Origin: Candidatus Sphingobacterium stercoripullorum
Lineage (GTDB): Bacteria > Bacteroidota > Bacteroidia > Sphingobacteriales > Sphingobacteriaceae
Direction of reading: 5' to 3'
Length of the DNA stretch: 40,913 bases
Assembly (NCBI GenBank): GCA_019114715.1
Contig: DXEZ01000328.1
Coordinates: forward strand, 1-40,913
In this document: positions 1-10,271 of the stretch, piece after piece
Numbering within the stretch: the stretch's first letter is position 1
Layout of the letters: every line of letters starts with the position of its first letter
Program-made: the position numbers and the translations under genes
Notes under the pieces: model-generated
What the model was told of the DNA's origin: nothing
The model's input: only the letters and a program-made list of their open reading frames with translations
The model's database searches: none

Positions 1-1090
1 TGAGATCTTTGGCGGAGAGCCAGGTGAAGTGCTAATGGTATCATTTGGACAAAAGTGGCAATCTACAGCTACACTAGCCTTAAATCAACAGTTGTTTAAC
101 CAAACTGTATTCACAGGCTTAAAAGCTGCAAAGTCTACTCGTGAGTTTTATCAAATCAATCAAACATTAACTGAGGAGCAGTTAATTGAAAAGGTAGCTA
201 ATGGCTATTACGACGTTTACACTACGCGTTTGCAACTAGCTACTTTGGATAATAACTTGAATAATACTACTAAAACACAAGGTGTCATATCAGGATTGGT
301 GGAAAATGGCCTAGCTAAACAAATTGATCTAGACCGTATTGTCGTAGCCATTAAAAATTTACAAGCACAAAGGCAGCAGCTCATTAGTGCTTTAGACTTG
401 AAAGAGAATGCGCTTAAATTTATTATAGGAATGAATATCGAAACGGAGATTGAACTTCCGGAAGAGTCCTTTGATATTAAGCTCGCTCAATACAGTGATA
501 CATCTAATATTAATAGACGGACCGAAATCCAACTTTTAGAAAAACAATCTGAAATGCTAGAGCTCAATAAAAAAGCGAAATTATCAGAGTACTACCCTTC
601 ATTAGCCTTAACAGCTAACTACGGTTATTTAGGCTTTGGGAATAGCTTTCCAATATTTTCTAAAGATAAAGGCGTTCAATGGTCCAATTTCTCTGGTATT
701 GGTTTGAGTCTATCGGTGCCAATCTTTAATGGTGGAGCAACTAAGGCCCGAGTACAACAAGCAGAAATAGACATTCAGAAAGCTCGCTTCGAGTTAGAAG
801 ACACTAAACTTGCACTAAGCTTAGCCAACGAGAATGCAAAAACGCAAATAAAAAATACACTAATAACCATTAACTCCAATAGGGAGAACGTGGACTTAGC
901 AAAAAAGGTTTTAGAAGATACTGAAAATAATTACAAAAACGGTCTTGCAACCTTAACAGACCTTTTGGATGCAGAAACTGCATATGCAGATGCTCAAAAT
1001 AACTTAAATACATCGTTATTAGATTACAAGATTGCTGAAATTCAATTGATTAAAGCAAATGGGGAGCTAAAATCCTTAGTAGAAGAATAG
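1..1090 (+). CDS. TolC-family outer-membrane efflux protein (5' truncated by window edge)
   Basis: Frame is open from base 2 (EIFGGEPGEVLMV...). Shows OEP repeat patterns (YYPSLALTANYG, LSVPIFNGG, YKNGLATLTDLLDAE) and is the first gene of a tripartite RND operon. Confidence 0.9.
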   Translation, partial: EIFGGEPGEVLMVSFGQKWQSTATLALNQQLFNQTVFTGLKAAKSTREFYQINQTLTEEQLIEKVANGYYDVYTTRLQLATLDNNLNNTTKTQGVISGLVENGLAKQIDLDRIVVAIKNLQAQRQQLISALDLKENALKFIIGMNIETEIELPEESFDIKLAQYSDTSNINRRTEIQLLEKQSEMLELNKKAKLSEYYPSLALTANYGYLGFGNSFPIFSKDKGVQWSNFSGIGLSLSVPIFNGGATKARVQQAEIDIQKARFELEDTKLALSLANENAKTQIKNTLITINSNRENVDLAKKVLEDTENNYKNGLATLTDLLDAETAYADAQNNLNTSLLDYKIAEIQLIKANGELKSLVEE

Positions 1091-1130
1091 ACCAAATAAA
1101 ATTGACAACACACTTTAGCTAATATAAAAA

Positions 1131-2189
1131 ATGAGAAAAACAATTATTACGGTTGTCCTGTTAGTGCTAGCTATAGCAGGAACCATTTATGTACTGAATA
1201 AGAACAAGGCTAAAAATGAAGAGGAAACCGCCATTGTAGCCCAAGAAAACCCAGCAGTAGCTGTACGGATAGACACTGCAAAAATAAGTGAATTAGACTC
1301 TAGGTACGTAGTGAATGGTACTTTCTTGCCTGCTCATGAGTTGCAAATTTCTGCAGAGACAATGGGTAGAGTGACCCGGGTTCTGGTTGAAGAAGGTGCA
1401 ATGGTAAGGGCCGGACAAACACTAGCCGTAATCCAAGGTGATAAGTTGAATGTAAGTGTATCATCTGCTCAAGCAGCTTACCATACTGCGCAATCGGATC
1501 TAGAAAGATTTGAAAGTGCATTGAAAACTGGAGGCGTAACCCAGCAACAAGTTGAACAAGTTCGTTTACAATACGAAAATGCGAAAAACAATTTAGAAAG
1601 TGCACGCTTGAATGCGGCAGATGTATCCATTAAATCTTCTATAAACGGTATAGTAAATAAGAAGTTGATTGAACTGGGTTCATACGTTAACATGGGTACA
1701 CCTGCATTTGAAGTTGTGGATGTCTCTTACCTCAAATTAAGGGTAAATGTAGATGAAAAAAATGTACCTTTTTTAAATGTTGGACAAAAAGTTAAAATTC
1801 ATGTAAGTGTATACTCTGACCAAGATTTTGAGGGAGAGATCGTTTTCATCGCACCTAAAGCAGATCAAAGTTTAAACTTCCCGGTTGATATAAAGATTGC
1901 AAACAACACAGAGAAATCTCTAAGAGCAGGAATGTACGGAACAGCCATATTTGGGGAAAGTGAACAAGTAAATACGCTGATTATTCCTCGTGATGCATTT
2001 GTTGGTAGTGTCAGTGCTGGGGAAGTATTTGTATACAATGAAGGGGTGGCAAAACTTAAAAATGTTTCCGCTGGTAGAACTTTTGGCGACATGGTAGAAG
2101 TGACTAGAGGATTAGAAGAAGGAGAGGTTGTAATTACCTCAGGACAGATAAACCTATTGGATGGTAAGGCTGTTGAAATCATAAAATAA
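1131..2189 (+). CDS. RND efflux periplasmic adaptor (membrane fusion protein)
   Basis: N-terminal TM anchor, lipoyl half-motifs (GRVTRVLVEEGAMVRAGQTL; IKSSINGIV), LRAGMYG and GLEEGEVVITSG. Confidence 0.93.
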   Translation: MRKTIITVVLLVLAIAGTIYVLNKNKAKNEEETAIVAQENPAVAVRIDTAKISELDSRYVVNGTFLPAHELQISAETMGRVTRVLVEEGAMVRAGQTLAVIQGDKLNVSVSSAQAAYHTAQSDLERFESALKTGGVTQQQVEQVRLQYENAKNNLESARLNAADVSIKSSINGIVNKKLIELGSYVNMGTPAFEVVDVSYLKLRVNVDEKNVPFLNVGQKVKIHVSVYSDQDFEGEIVFIAPKADQSLNFPVDIKIANNTEKSLRAGMYGTAIFGESEQVNTLIIPRDAFVGSVSAGEVFVYNEGVAKLKNVSAGRTFGDMVEVTRGLEEGEVVITSGQINLLDGKAVEIIK

Positions 2190-2211
2190 TTTTGAAAAAC
2201 AAGGATAGGAA

Positions 2212-5200
2212 ATGAAAATAGCAGAAATATCCATTCGTCGTCCGAGTTTGGTATTAGTGATGTTTATCATTATTACCTTAGGCGGGATTCTAAGCTACTC
2301 AATGCTGAGTTACGAGTTAATACCAAAATTTGAGGTTAACGTACTGAGCGTTCAAACGATATATCCTGGAGCTTCGCCTTCAGAAGTTGAAAATACCGTT
2401 ACGAAAAAAATTGAGGATGCTGTTTCTTCACTGGAGAACATAAAAAAGCTGGAGGCCAAGTCATTTGAGAGTTTATCACTAGTGATTATTCACTTGAATG
2501 ATAAAGCAGATGCCGATTACGCCTTGAATGATGCGCAGCGGAAAGTCAATGCCATACTGAATGATCTCCCTGATGATGTTGAAAATCCAGCATTATTAAA
2601 GTTCTCATTAGATGACTTACCGATTATGACCTTAAGTGTTACATCGGATTTATCAGAAAGAGAGTTATATGATTTATTAGATAAGCAGATTGAACCTATT
2701 TTCTCAAGGGTCGATGGTGTTGCACAAATAAACCTAGTAGGTGGACAGGAAAGAGAAATTCAAATCAATATCGACCCTGAAAAACTTGAAGGTTACGGTT
2801 TATCGCTTTCCACAGTACAACAGGTTATAATGGCCTCGAACATGGACTTCCCGACTGGTAACGTTAAAACTCGAGATAGCCAAACACTGATACGACTTGC
2901 AGGAAAGCTAACCGACATGCAGGCAATCAGAAACTTGCCACTTACTACTCCTACAGGTACTAAAATCCGATTAGCAGATATCGCTGAGGTACGTGATTCG
3001 GAAAAAGAAGTTGAGAAAGTATCTAGGTTAGACCAAAAAAGCACCATCTTTTTACAAGTATTAAAACAAACTGATGCTAACGCGGTAGCTGTTTCTGAAA
3101 ACATTCAAAATCAAATTGAAAGTGTAGAGAAGTCTTTTGAACAAACAGGTGTTAAAATATTTATAGCAAACGATACTACAGAGTTTACCTTAAAAGCAGC
3201 TAACAACGTAATATTTGACTTGGGTCTAGCGGTTGTTCTAGTTGGTTTTATCATGCTTTTCTTCTTACACAGTTTAAGAAATGCGGGTATTGTAATGGTG
3301 GCTATTCCACTTTCTTTAATCGGTACTTTTATAGGCCTAGAGCTTTTAGGTTATACTTTAAACCTAATGACTCTACTAGGTTTATCTTTAGTAGTGGGTA
3401 TTTTAGTGGATGACGCTATTGTTGTTATCGAAAATATCCACCGCCATATGGAGATGGGGAAAAACAAAGTGAGAGCAGCATACGATGGGGCAGCGGAAAT
3501 TGGATTTACAGTAACAGCCATTACCCTAGTAATTGTGGTGGTGTTCTTCCCAATTTCCTTAGCCAGTGGACTTGCAGCTAATATTTTAAAGCAATTCTGT
3601 GTGACGGTTATATTCGCAACTTTGTTATCTCTTTTAATTTCCTTTACACTAGTACCGTGGTTATCGTCTAGATATGGAAAATTAGAGGTGCTTAGTAACG
3701 ATAATTTTGTAGGTAGATTTGTAAATGGATTTGAGGCAGGACTGAAAAAGTTTACTCACTCTGTAGTAGATCTACTGAAGTGGTGTTTGAAGTCTCGAGG
3801 AACCAAAGTGGCAACACTTTTAGCAGCATTGGTATTGTTTATCGGTTCTTTTGCTTTAGTAGGATTAGGATATATTGGTGGAGAATTTATGCCAAGTTCG
3901 GATAGAGGAGAGTTCTTAGTCCAGCTTGAACTAGAAAAAGATGCTTCCATTGAGAGAACGAACTTTATAACTCAAAAGACCGAACAGTACTTATCGAATA
4001 TTCCAGATGTCGAAAGGCTAATTACAACAGTTGGTCAGTCAAGTGATGGAGTTGGTTCTACATCAGGTACTAAGTACAAAGCAGAAGTTCACGTAATTTT
4101 GAAAGATGATAGAGAAACTAAAGAGAGTACTGATGTTTTTGCAGCAAAATTAAAAAGAGAGCTTGAAATGGAGCTAGTAGATGCGAAAATCAACACGGTT
4201 CCCATGGGAATGATGGGAGCAGAGCAAGCACCATTGAAGTTAACTATTATGGGTACTGAGCTAGACGATGCATTAGAGTTTGCAAATGAAGCAGCAGAAC
4301 AGCTTAGACAAATCCCAGGCTCTGTAGGGGTGGAGTTAACTACCGAGGATGGAACACCTGAAATTAGTGTAGAGGTTGATAGAGATAAAATGAATCAACT
4401 AGGTGTTGATCTTGCTACGGTAGGGATGACCATGCAGACAGCCTTTGCAGGTAATACAGACGCTAAATTTCGTTCAGGAGAATACGAGTATGACATTAAT
4501 ATTCGCTTCGGTGAATTCAATAGATCTGGAATTGAAGATGTTCGAAACCTACAAGTAACTAATGCTCTAGGTGAAAGAATATATCTTTCTCAATTTGCCG
4601 ATGTGCATTACAGTTCAGGTCCTAGCTTACTTGAAAGACGCGATAAGACTCCTGCAGTTTCTGTACAAGCAAGGGTAGTTGGTAAGCCACTAGGAACCAT
4701 TGCAGCAGAATGGGAAGAACAGTTTAGTCAAATAGACACAAAACCGGGTGTATCCTATGTATGGGATGGAGATATGGAAAACCAAGAAGAAGGTTTTGGA
4801 ACCTTAGGTGTGGCTTTATTAGCTTCCATTATCCTAGTTTACCTGGTGATGGTAGCATTATACGATAGCTTTGTCACTCCCTTTGTAGTAATATTCTCTG
4901 TACCGCTATCTTTTATCGGTGCACTACTTCTAATGGCTCTGACGAACACTTCTCTGAATATCTTTACGATTCTAGGGATTATTATGCTAATCGGTTTAGT
5001 TTGTAAGAACGCCATTTTATTGGTTGACTTTGCAAACCATAGAAAAGATAACGGAGATAGTACAAACGATGCGTTAGTTTCAGCTACACACGCTCGTTTA
5101 CGTCCGATTCTAATGACTACAATAGCCATGGTAGCGGGTATGATACCTATTGCTATTGCAACAGGAGAGGGTGCTGACGTAAACAGAGGGCTAGCAATTG

Positions 5201-5388
5201 TAATTATTGGTGGATTGGTTTCCTCCTTGTTCCTGACCTTAGTAGTTGTTCCGGTTGTATACGCAATTTTTGACTCTATCCAAAGAAGGTTTGGTAAGGG
5301 TGAAAAACTGGACTACGACAAAGCGATGGAAGAGGAGTTTGAAATGAACCCAGACTACGTAAATGAATACGAGGCGGACCACGCTTAA
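2212..5388 (+). CDS. RND efflux inner-membrane permease (AcrB/HAE1 family)
   Basis: 1058 aa with YPGASPSEVE and intact proton-relay motifs GILVDDAIVVIENI, KNAILLVDF and RLRPILMTT. Confidence 0.95.
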   Translation: MKIAEISIRRPSLVLVMFIIITLGGILSYSMLSYELIPKFEVNVLSVQTIYPGASPSEVENTVTKKIEDAVSSLENIKKLEAKSFESLSLVIIHLNDKADADYALNDAQRKVNAILNDLPDDVENPALLKFSLDDLPIMTLSVTSDLSERELYDLLDKQIEPIFSRVDGVAQINLVGGQEREIQINIDPEKLEGYGLSLSTVQQVIMASNMDFPTGNVKTRDSQTLIRLAGKLTDMQAIRNLPLTTPTGTKIRLADIAEVRDSEKEVEKVSRLDQKSTIFLQVLKQTDANAVAVSENIQNQIESVEKSFEQTGVKIFIANDTTEFTLKAANNVIFDLGLAVVLVGFIMLFFLHSLRNAGIVMVAIPLSLIGTFIGLELLGYTLNLMTLLGLSLVVGILVDDAIVVIENIHRHMEMGKNKVRAAYDGAAEIGFTVTAITLVIVVVFFPISLASGLAANILKQFCVTVIFATLLSLLISFTLVPWLSSRYGKLEVLSNDNFVGRFVNGFEAGLKKFTHSVVDLLKWCLKSRGTKVATLLAALVLFIGSFALVGLGYIGGEFMPSSDRGEFLVQLELEKDASIERTNFITQKTEQYLSNIPDVERLITTVGQSSDGVGSTSGTKYKAEVHVILKDDRETKESTDVFAAKLKRELEMELVDAKINTVPMGMMGAEQAPLKLTIMGTELDDALEFANEAAEQLRQIPGSVGVELTTEDGTPEISVEVDRDKMNQLGVDLATVGMTMQTAFAGNTDAKFRSGEYEYDINIRFGEFNRSGIEDVRNLQVTNALGERIYLSQFADVHYSSGPSLLERRDKTPAVSVQARVVGKPLGTIAAEWEEQFSQIDTKPGVSYVWDGDMENQEEGFGTLGVALLASIILVYLVMVALYDSFVTPFVVIFSVPLSFIGALLLMALTNTSLNIFTILGIIMLIGLVCKNAILLVDFANHRKDNGDSTNDALVSATHARLRPILMTTIAMVAGMIPIAIATGEGADVNRGLAIVIIGGLVSSLFLTLVVVPVVYAIFDSIQRRFGKGEKLDYDKAMEEEFEMNPDYVNEYEADHA

Positions 5389-5415
5389 TCCAAATTTTAA
5401 AACAAAATAGAATAC

Positions 5416-5449
5416 AATGCCACTTTATTAATTTAAGGTGGCATTTTAT
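5416..5449 (+). terminator. Intrinsic terminator of the RND operon
   Basis: Stem AATGCCACTT...AAGGTGGCATT followed by T-rich bases, about 30 nt after the stop codon. Confidence 0.7.
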
Positions 5450-5544
5450 ATAAAGAAGGGATTCATGCTTTATAGTTTGGAATGGATAAAAGCCTGTGTA
5501 AGTTTTTACTGTTAGAAATACGGCTAGCATAGGCAACCTAAATT

Positions 5545-5589
5545 TAAATTTGTAATTTCAAATATCCTAGGGATTTCGTTTATTTGAAA
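5545..5589 (+). promoter_or_regulatory. Bacteroidota -7 promoter box plus inverted-repeat candidate operator of the TA remnant
   Basis: TAAATTTG at 5545-5552; inverted repeat TTTCAAATA (5556-5564) / TATTTGAAA (5581-5589) before the ATG at 5604. Confidence 0.45.
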
Positions 5590-5603
5590 ATAATCGATTA
5601 TAT

Positions 5604-6217
5604 ATGGGAAAGCTTGAAGAACTAAAAAGCCATTTAAAAAGAGGAAAGATTTACCGTAGAACTGAGTTGATGGAGTGGTCCAAGTCGGTAGATAGACATA
5701 TCCATTCCTTACTAAATGATGGTACCCTTAAAAAAGCTCTACCATGGAATGTATTATTACCCTAAGAATACCACTTTTGGTAAAACCCCGCCAGCCGAAG
5801 ATGCTTTGATTCGTAGCTTTTTAAAAGGCGACCGATTCTTGTTGACTTCTCCAAACTTATACAATAGTTTAGGAGTAGGTACATCACAGCTATATAACTT
5901 AAAAACATTGTATAACCACAAACGACATGGTGTGTTTATTTTTGGTAGCCAGAAATTTGATTTTTTAAAAATAATCATTTTCCAAATAAACTCTCACCCG
6001 AATTTCTTTTGGTTGATTTGATTAATAACCTTGATTGTATTGCAGAGGATAAGCACAAAGTTTTTAAAAACGTATTAAAAACAGCACTGACAATGGACTT
6101 TGAAAAATTAAAACCTGTGTTGAACAATATGCTACAAGCAAAACCAAGAAGGTATTAGCACCAGTCGTTTCCGACATCAATTTTCTGGATCGTAACAAAA
6201 TCAAACAAGCCCGCTAA
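5604..6217 (+). pseudogene. Frameshifted AbiEi-like (type IV toxin-antitoxin) antitoxin / winged-helix regulator
   Basis: Joining frames gives MGKLEELKSHLKRGKIYRRTELMEWSKSVDRHIHSLLNDGTLKK / LYHGMYYYPKNTTFGKTPP...LLTSPNLYNSLGVGTSQLYN...YNHKRHG...FDF / HFPNKLSPEFLLVDLINNLD...MDFEKLK / TCVEQYATSKTKK...stop 6217. Frameshifts fall at about 5730-5735, 5961-5971 and 6110-6113. Family recognised from memory. Confidence 0.75.
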
Positions 6218-6302
6218 TTATCTCCACTAGAATCTATAATTATGGACATACATTTAATTTATCGAAAGCAAAACAGAAATACAGGTTGAGTTTATTGAAA
6301 AG
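6213..6302 (+). pseudogene. N-terminal remnant of an AbiEii-like nucleotidyltransferase toxin
   Basis: A single frame reads ANYLH*NL*LWTYI*FIESKTEIQVEFIEK, matching the recalled start pattern (xxYLH...ETGIQxxLIEKDYW) of the toxins that follow this antitoxin family. It has no start codon, three stops, and no similarity beyond EK. Confidence 0.45.
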
Positions 6303-6401
6303 GCATTACACACCAAGGCACTTGATGAACAAAGAGTTACGGTTTCTTACTACGCTGCACAATTACGCAAAAACCTGGTGATTTTAGGATGATACAATTT
6401 A

Positions 6402-7052
6402 TTAAATGTCGATAAAAGCATGATCCGAATTTACGAGTATCAACTGGGGTTCTTCCTTTAGATTTGTGGATTCAATATTTTCTATAAGCGTTTTAAAAGC
6501 ATGGAAGGAGGCTTTATCAAGCATACGTGTCCAAAAAAACAGGATGACATCCCCATTAACATTTAAATCTATATTAAGTTCTCTAGAAACATCTTCTAAG
6601 GGCATATTCATGCTTTCAATGGGTACTGCTGAAATAGGAAAGTACTTGTTGAACCTACCCTTGTAGTTCCAGTCTAGTTGTCCAAAGATATTTCCTTTTG
6701 CAAAGCAATTGGCTTGAAAAGATTGTAACTCTCCATCTTTAAAATAAAGCATTTGTATGGGCTGACGCAGATTTTTAGATTGCCCTGTGTCTATATTAGA
6801 GTAATTTATGAATGACTCTTTTGATACGAAAAATGAGCTTAAAGCGCCTGAATATTGACCCACTAGTTTTTCTAATGAAGATTGATATTTCTCTTGGTCA
6901 AAAGCCTCTATTCTTTCTATTCCAAAAAGAAAGCTCATAACGGGTGTGCAAGACTGAAGGAAGGAAACTAAAGCAACTAAAAATATAAGTCGCCATGTGT
7001 TTTTCTTGACCCATAATGGTAGATTCGCCCCTTGTAAGTAATTCTTTCCCAT
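6402..7052 (-). CDS. Hypothetical lipoprotein
   Basis: 216-aa ORF with a hydrophobic stretch ending in lipobox FLQSC; start codon uncertain. Confidence 0.65.
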   Translation of the reverse strand: MGKNYLQGANLPLWVKKNTWRLIFLVALVSFLQSCTPVMSFLFGIERIEAFDQEKYQSSLEKLVGQYSGALSSFFVSKESFINYSNIDTGQSKNLRQPIQMLYFKDGELQSFQANCFAKGNIFGQLDWNYKGRFNKYFPISAVPIESMNMPLEDVSRELNIDLNVNGDVILFFWTRMLDKASFHAFKTLIENIESTNLKEEPQLILVNSDHAFIDI

Positions 7053-7102
7053 AATCTAAGAGTATAATCCGGATTCGCTGCTATGCTTGTAAACCTGAAA
7101 GC

Positions 7103-7140
7103 ATAAACCAACCTCCAGATTTATCTTCTGGTTAGCTTAT
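7103..7140 (-). terminator. Possible hairpin/terminator downstream of ppk1
   Basis: Imperfect stem ATAAGCTAACC...GGTTGGTTTAT on the minus strand; weak U-tract. Confidence 0.3.
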
Positions 7141-7173
7141 ATATGCCTAAATTTTGATATTCACATGGACGAA

Positions 7174-9243
7174 TTAATAAGTTAGCTTTGTTAAATACTC
7201 GTGAATCATTAGCTGCGACCTGCATTCAGGATTATCGTTTCTAACAAATTCATTGCTTAATTCATTGTCCAATATTCGAGCTTTAACATTGTCCTGAAGC
7301 TGAATGTTGAGCATATCTATCAATTGCTTTTTTATGGCCAAAGCCGTTATTTCTACTGCCGCTTCAACTCGGTGGTCGATATTTCTTGTCATCCAATCGG
7401 CGGATGAAATAAAAACCTTTTCCTCACCCGAATGATGGAAATACATGACTCGAGCATGCTCCAGGAATTCGTCAACAATACTTATTGCTCTGATAGGTGT
7501 TTTAAAATTACTTTGATTTAACGCGCAGTATATACCTCGTACAATCATGTGTATTTCAACTCCTGCTTCAGCAGCCAAATAGAGTTTTTTAATTATTTTG
7601 TTGTCACTTAAGGAGTTAATCTTGACGATGATCTTGGCTGTTTTGCCTTTTTTTGCCGCATGGATTTCATGGTCAATGAGCTTATTGATGCTTTTTCGCA
7701 TGTCAGTAGGGCTGACGATCAAATTCTTTAGCCCAGCTAAACTTTCCTCAAGAGGTGTTTCAGGTGAATTTAAAGCATTAAAAACCCGCCTGATATCTTC
7801 CATGATGTCTTGGTCGGCCGTTAAAAGGCAATAATCCCCATAAAGTGCTGCTGTTTTTTCATTGATATTCCCGGTACTAATAAAACCATAGCTGATGTTT
7901 TCGTTTGTCTCTGAATTGAATTTTGTAATTCTACACAGCTTAGCATGTATTTTTTTATTGGGTATACCTACTAAAACCTCTATGCCCTCAGTTTCGAGTA
8001 CTTCCTTCCAGTACAGGTTATTCTCTTCGTCAAATCGAGCCCTAAGCTCTAACATTGCCGTGACTTGCTTCCCGTTACGTGCTGCATTGATTAATGCGTT
8101 AGCGACCTTAGAATTGCTCGCTAAGCGGTATGCAGTTACTTGGATGCTTTGAACAGCGGGATCCATAGCTGCTTCACGAAGCAGGTCAATTACTGGCCTA
8201 AAAGTGTGATAAGGGAGCGATAGTAAAACATCTTCTTTTAATACAATATCTGTTACTCGGGGGCTGCTAAGTAACCTAGGGTGTTTAAAGGGCTTTCGAA
8301 TTTTCGGAATATTGTAAGACTTGAAAAGATTAGGGAAATCCATAAAGTGCTTGAAGTTATGGATACTCGCCCCAGGGATAATACTATCTCTTTTAGTGAG
8401 GTTTAATTTATTAATAATAAACTCTTGAAGTTTCGGATGCAAATTTTTGTCAAATACAAACCGAGTAGCTTTTCCTTTTCGCCTGCTTTTTACTCCTTGG
8501 GCTATTTTCTGAGCTAAGGTCGTGTTGATGTCGTTATCAATATCAAACTCGGCATCTTTTGTGATTTTAAAAGCGTTGGCATAAACATTATAAAACCCAA
8601 AGTATGAAAATATAATAGGAAGATTGAACTTGATTATCTCCTCGAGCAAAATAACGTGTTTCTCGCCCTTGGGTGAAGGAAGGATTACAAACCGGCCATT
8701 TTGTTTGGTAGGCACCTCGATTGCGGCTAGCTGAATATCTTCAGGGTCTAGACTCTTTTGTAAAACTATGCCTAAATAGAGACTTTTATCCCGAATATAA
8801 GGCATTGGTCGCTCTTCATTTAATAACAAAGGGATGATGTTTGCCTCTACTTCTTCATTGTAATACTTTCTTACAAACTTCTTTTGCTTAATAAAAAGAT
8901 CGTCAGCGGTTTTGATATAAACTCGCTCTTTAGCCATTTCATTTTGCAATTCTTTCCAAATGTTATCAAATTCTGCTCGCTGCTCTAATACTATATCATT
9001 GATCTCCTCTAGAATAACATGTGGATCCTCAAAAAAAGTTGCTTTATGATCGATGTCTTTTATACGCATGGCCCTTTTTAACCCCGCCACACGAACACGG
9101 AAGAATTCGTCCATATTATTAGAAAATATTCCCAAATATTTGATGCGCCAAAGAAGAGGGACTTCTTTATTTTGTGCTTCTTGTAGCACTCTTTTATTAA
9201 ATGCCAACCAGCTTACATCTCTGGGAATAAATTTTCTATTCAT
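7174..9243 (-). CDS. ppk1: Polyphosphate kinase 1
   Basis: RDVSWLAFNKRVLQEA, IFSNNMDEFFRVRVAGL, ELRARFDEENN, phospho-His motif KIHAKL, FLEHAR and SSADWMTRN. ATG at 9243 preferred over TTG at 9252. Confidence 0.97.
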   Translation of the reverse strand: MNRKFIPRDVSWLAFNKRVLQEAQNKEVPLLWRIKYLGIFSNNMDEFFRVRVAGLKRAMRIKDIDHKATFFEDPHVILEEINDIVLEQRAEFDNIWKELQNEMAKERVYIKTADDLFIKQKKFVRKYYNEEVEANIIPLLLNEERPMPYIRDKSLYLGIVLQKSLDPEDIQLAAIEVPTKQNGRFVILPSPKGEKHVILLEEIIKFNLPIIFSYFGFYNVYANAFKITKDAEFDIDNDINTTLAQKIAQGVKSRRKGKATRFVFDKNLHPKLQEFIINKLNLTKRDSIIPGASIHNFKHFMDFPNLFKSYNIPKIRKPFKHPRLLSSPRVTDIVLKEDVLLSLPYHTFRPVIDLLREAAMDPAVQSIQVTAYRLASNSKVANALINAARNGKQVTAMLELRARFDEENNLYWKEVLETEGIEVLVGIPNKKIHAKLCRITKFNSETNENISYGFISTGNINEKTAALYGDYCLLTADQDIMEDIRRVFNALNSPETPLEESLAGLKNLIVSPTDMRKSINKLIDHEIHAAKKGKTAKIIVKINSLSDNKIIKKLYLAAEAGVEIHMIVRGIYCALNQSNFKTPIRAISIVDEFLEHARVMYFHHSGEEKVFISSADWMTRNIDHRVEAAVEITALAIKKQLIDMLNIQLQDNVKARILDNELSNEFVRNDNPECRSQLMIHEYLTKLTY

Positions 9244-9305
9244 ATAGTACAACTTTTAAATTTTGGTTTGTTTGTTTAAAATTTCTATTTCTAGATTTTA
9301 TTATT

Positions 9306-9686
9306 TTAAAACCCTTCACTTCGCTTAATAATTCTAATTGCCTTGTATTGATCGCTATCGTAATATGGTGGTTGAGAACTTAACTCCATGGGATATTTTG
9401 AGCTATGATCAAAAAAGTATACTGTCGTTTTACCTTCTTTATCTTTGGCTAGCATATCCGCGCAACCGTCGTAATCAGCATTGGTTGTTTGCTCAACACT
9501 GATAGCATAAATATCTTCTTTATTACCGTCTCCTGTTTGCCCTTCAATAAATGCTGCTATGTGAAAGCCACCCTCTAACTTATCAATGGAGGTGTCGTTA
9601 TTTGTTCTGTAGATAAGAAACAGTAGTAATAAAACTAAGGGGATGGCCGAGAACCAAACCCCTTTTTTACTTTTTTTATTCTTCAT
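9306..9686 (-). CDS. Hypothetical membrane-anchored protein
   Basis: Basic N-terminus plus one TM segment; its start overlaps the DJ-1 stop (TAATG). Confidence 0.7.
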   Translation of the reverse strand: MKNKKSKKGVWFSAIPLVLLLLFLIYRTNNDTSIDKLEGGFHIAAFIEGQTGDGNKEDIYAISVEQTTNADYDGCADMLAKDKEGKTTVYFFDHSSKYPMELSSQPPYYDSDQYKAIRIIKRSEGF

Positions 9687-10264
9687 TATAGCTGTATTGT
9701 TATCCCTAGTAATTTATAAAACTCTTGTAAAATAGCTTGATGACCAGGCCAAGCAGGGGAAGTAACTAAGTTACCGTCAACAATAGCCTGATCCGCTGGG
9801 ATGTTTTTCCATGTACCACCTGCAATTTCTATATCCGGTCCCACCGCCACGTATGCTGTTAGCGTTCTACCTTTTAATACTCCTGCAGCTGTTAACACCT
9901 GTATACCGTGACATATTGCAGCTACCGGTTTATCCTTTTCAAAAAAGTGTTTTGTAATTTCTAACACCCTTTTATTCAGGCGTATGTATTCTGCAGATCT
10001 TCCCCCTGCGATATATAAACCGTCGTATTCATCGGGATTGACCGTATCAAAGTCCTTGTTGATAGCAAAGTTGTGTCCACGCAATTCTTTGTAAGTTTGA
10101 TCCCCCGTAAAATCATGAACTGCTGTAGGTACTACATCTCCTTTTTTTCTTTCAGGGGCAATGGCATGAACTTCTATACCAATAGATCCCATAGCTTGAA
10201 ACGGAACCATAGCTTCGTAATCTTCCACATAATCTCCAACGAGTAATAATATTTTCTTAGCCAT
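9686..10264 (-). CDS. DJ-1/PfpI family protein (glyoxalase III / deglycase / protease-like)
   Basis: GDYVEDYE, IAGGRSAEYIR, nucleophile elbow AAICHG, DGNLVTSPAWP. Confidence 0.92.
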   Translation of the reverse strand: MAKKILLLVGDYVEDYEAMVPFQAMGSIGIEVHAIAPERKKGDVVPTAVHDFTGDQTYKELRGHNFAINKDFDTVNPDEYDGLYIAGGRSAEYIRLNKRVLEITKHFFEKDKPVAAICHGIQVLTAAGVLKGRTLTAYVAVGPDIEIAGGTWKNIPADQAIVDGNLVTSPAWPGHQAILQEFYKLLGITIQL

Positions 10265-10271
10265 AATCTTA

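Noticed and set aside
5716-6021. 101-aa ORF treated as an intact gene
   Set aside because: It is the middle frame of the frameshifted AbiEi-like pseudogene starting at 5604.
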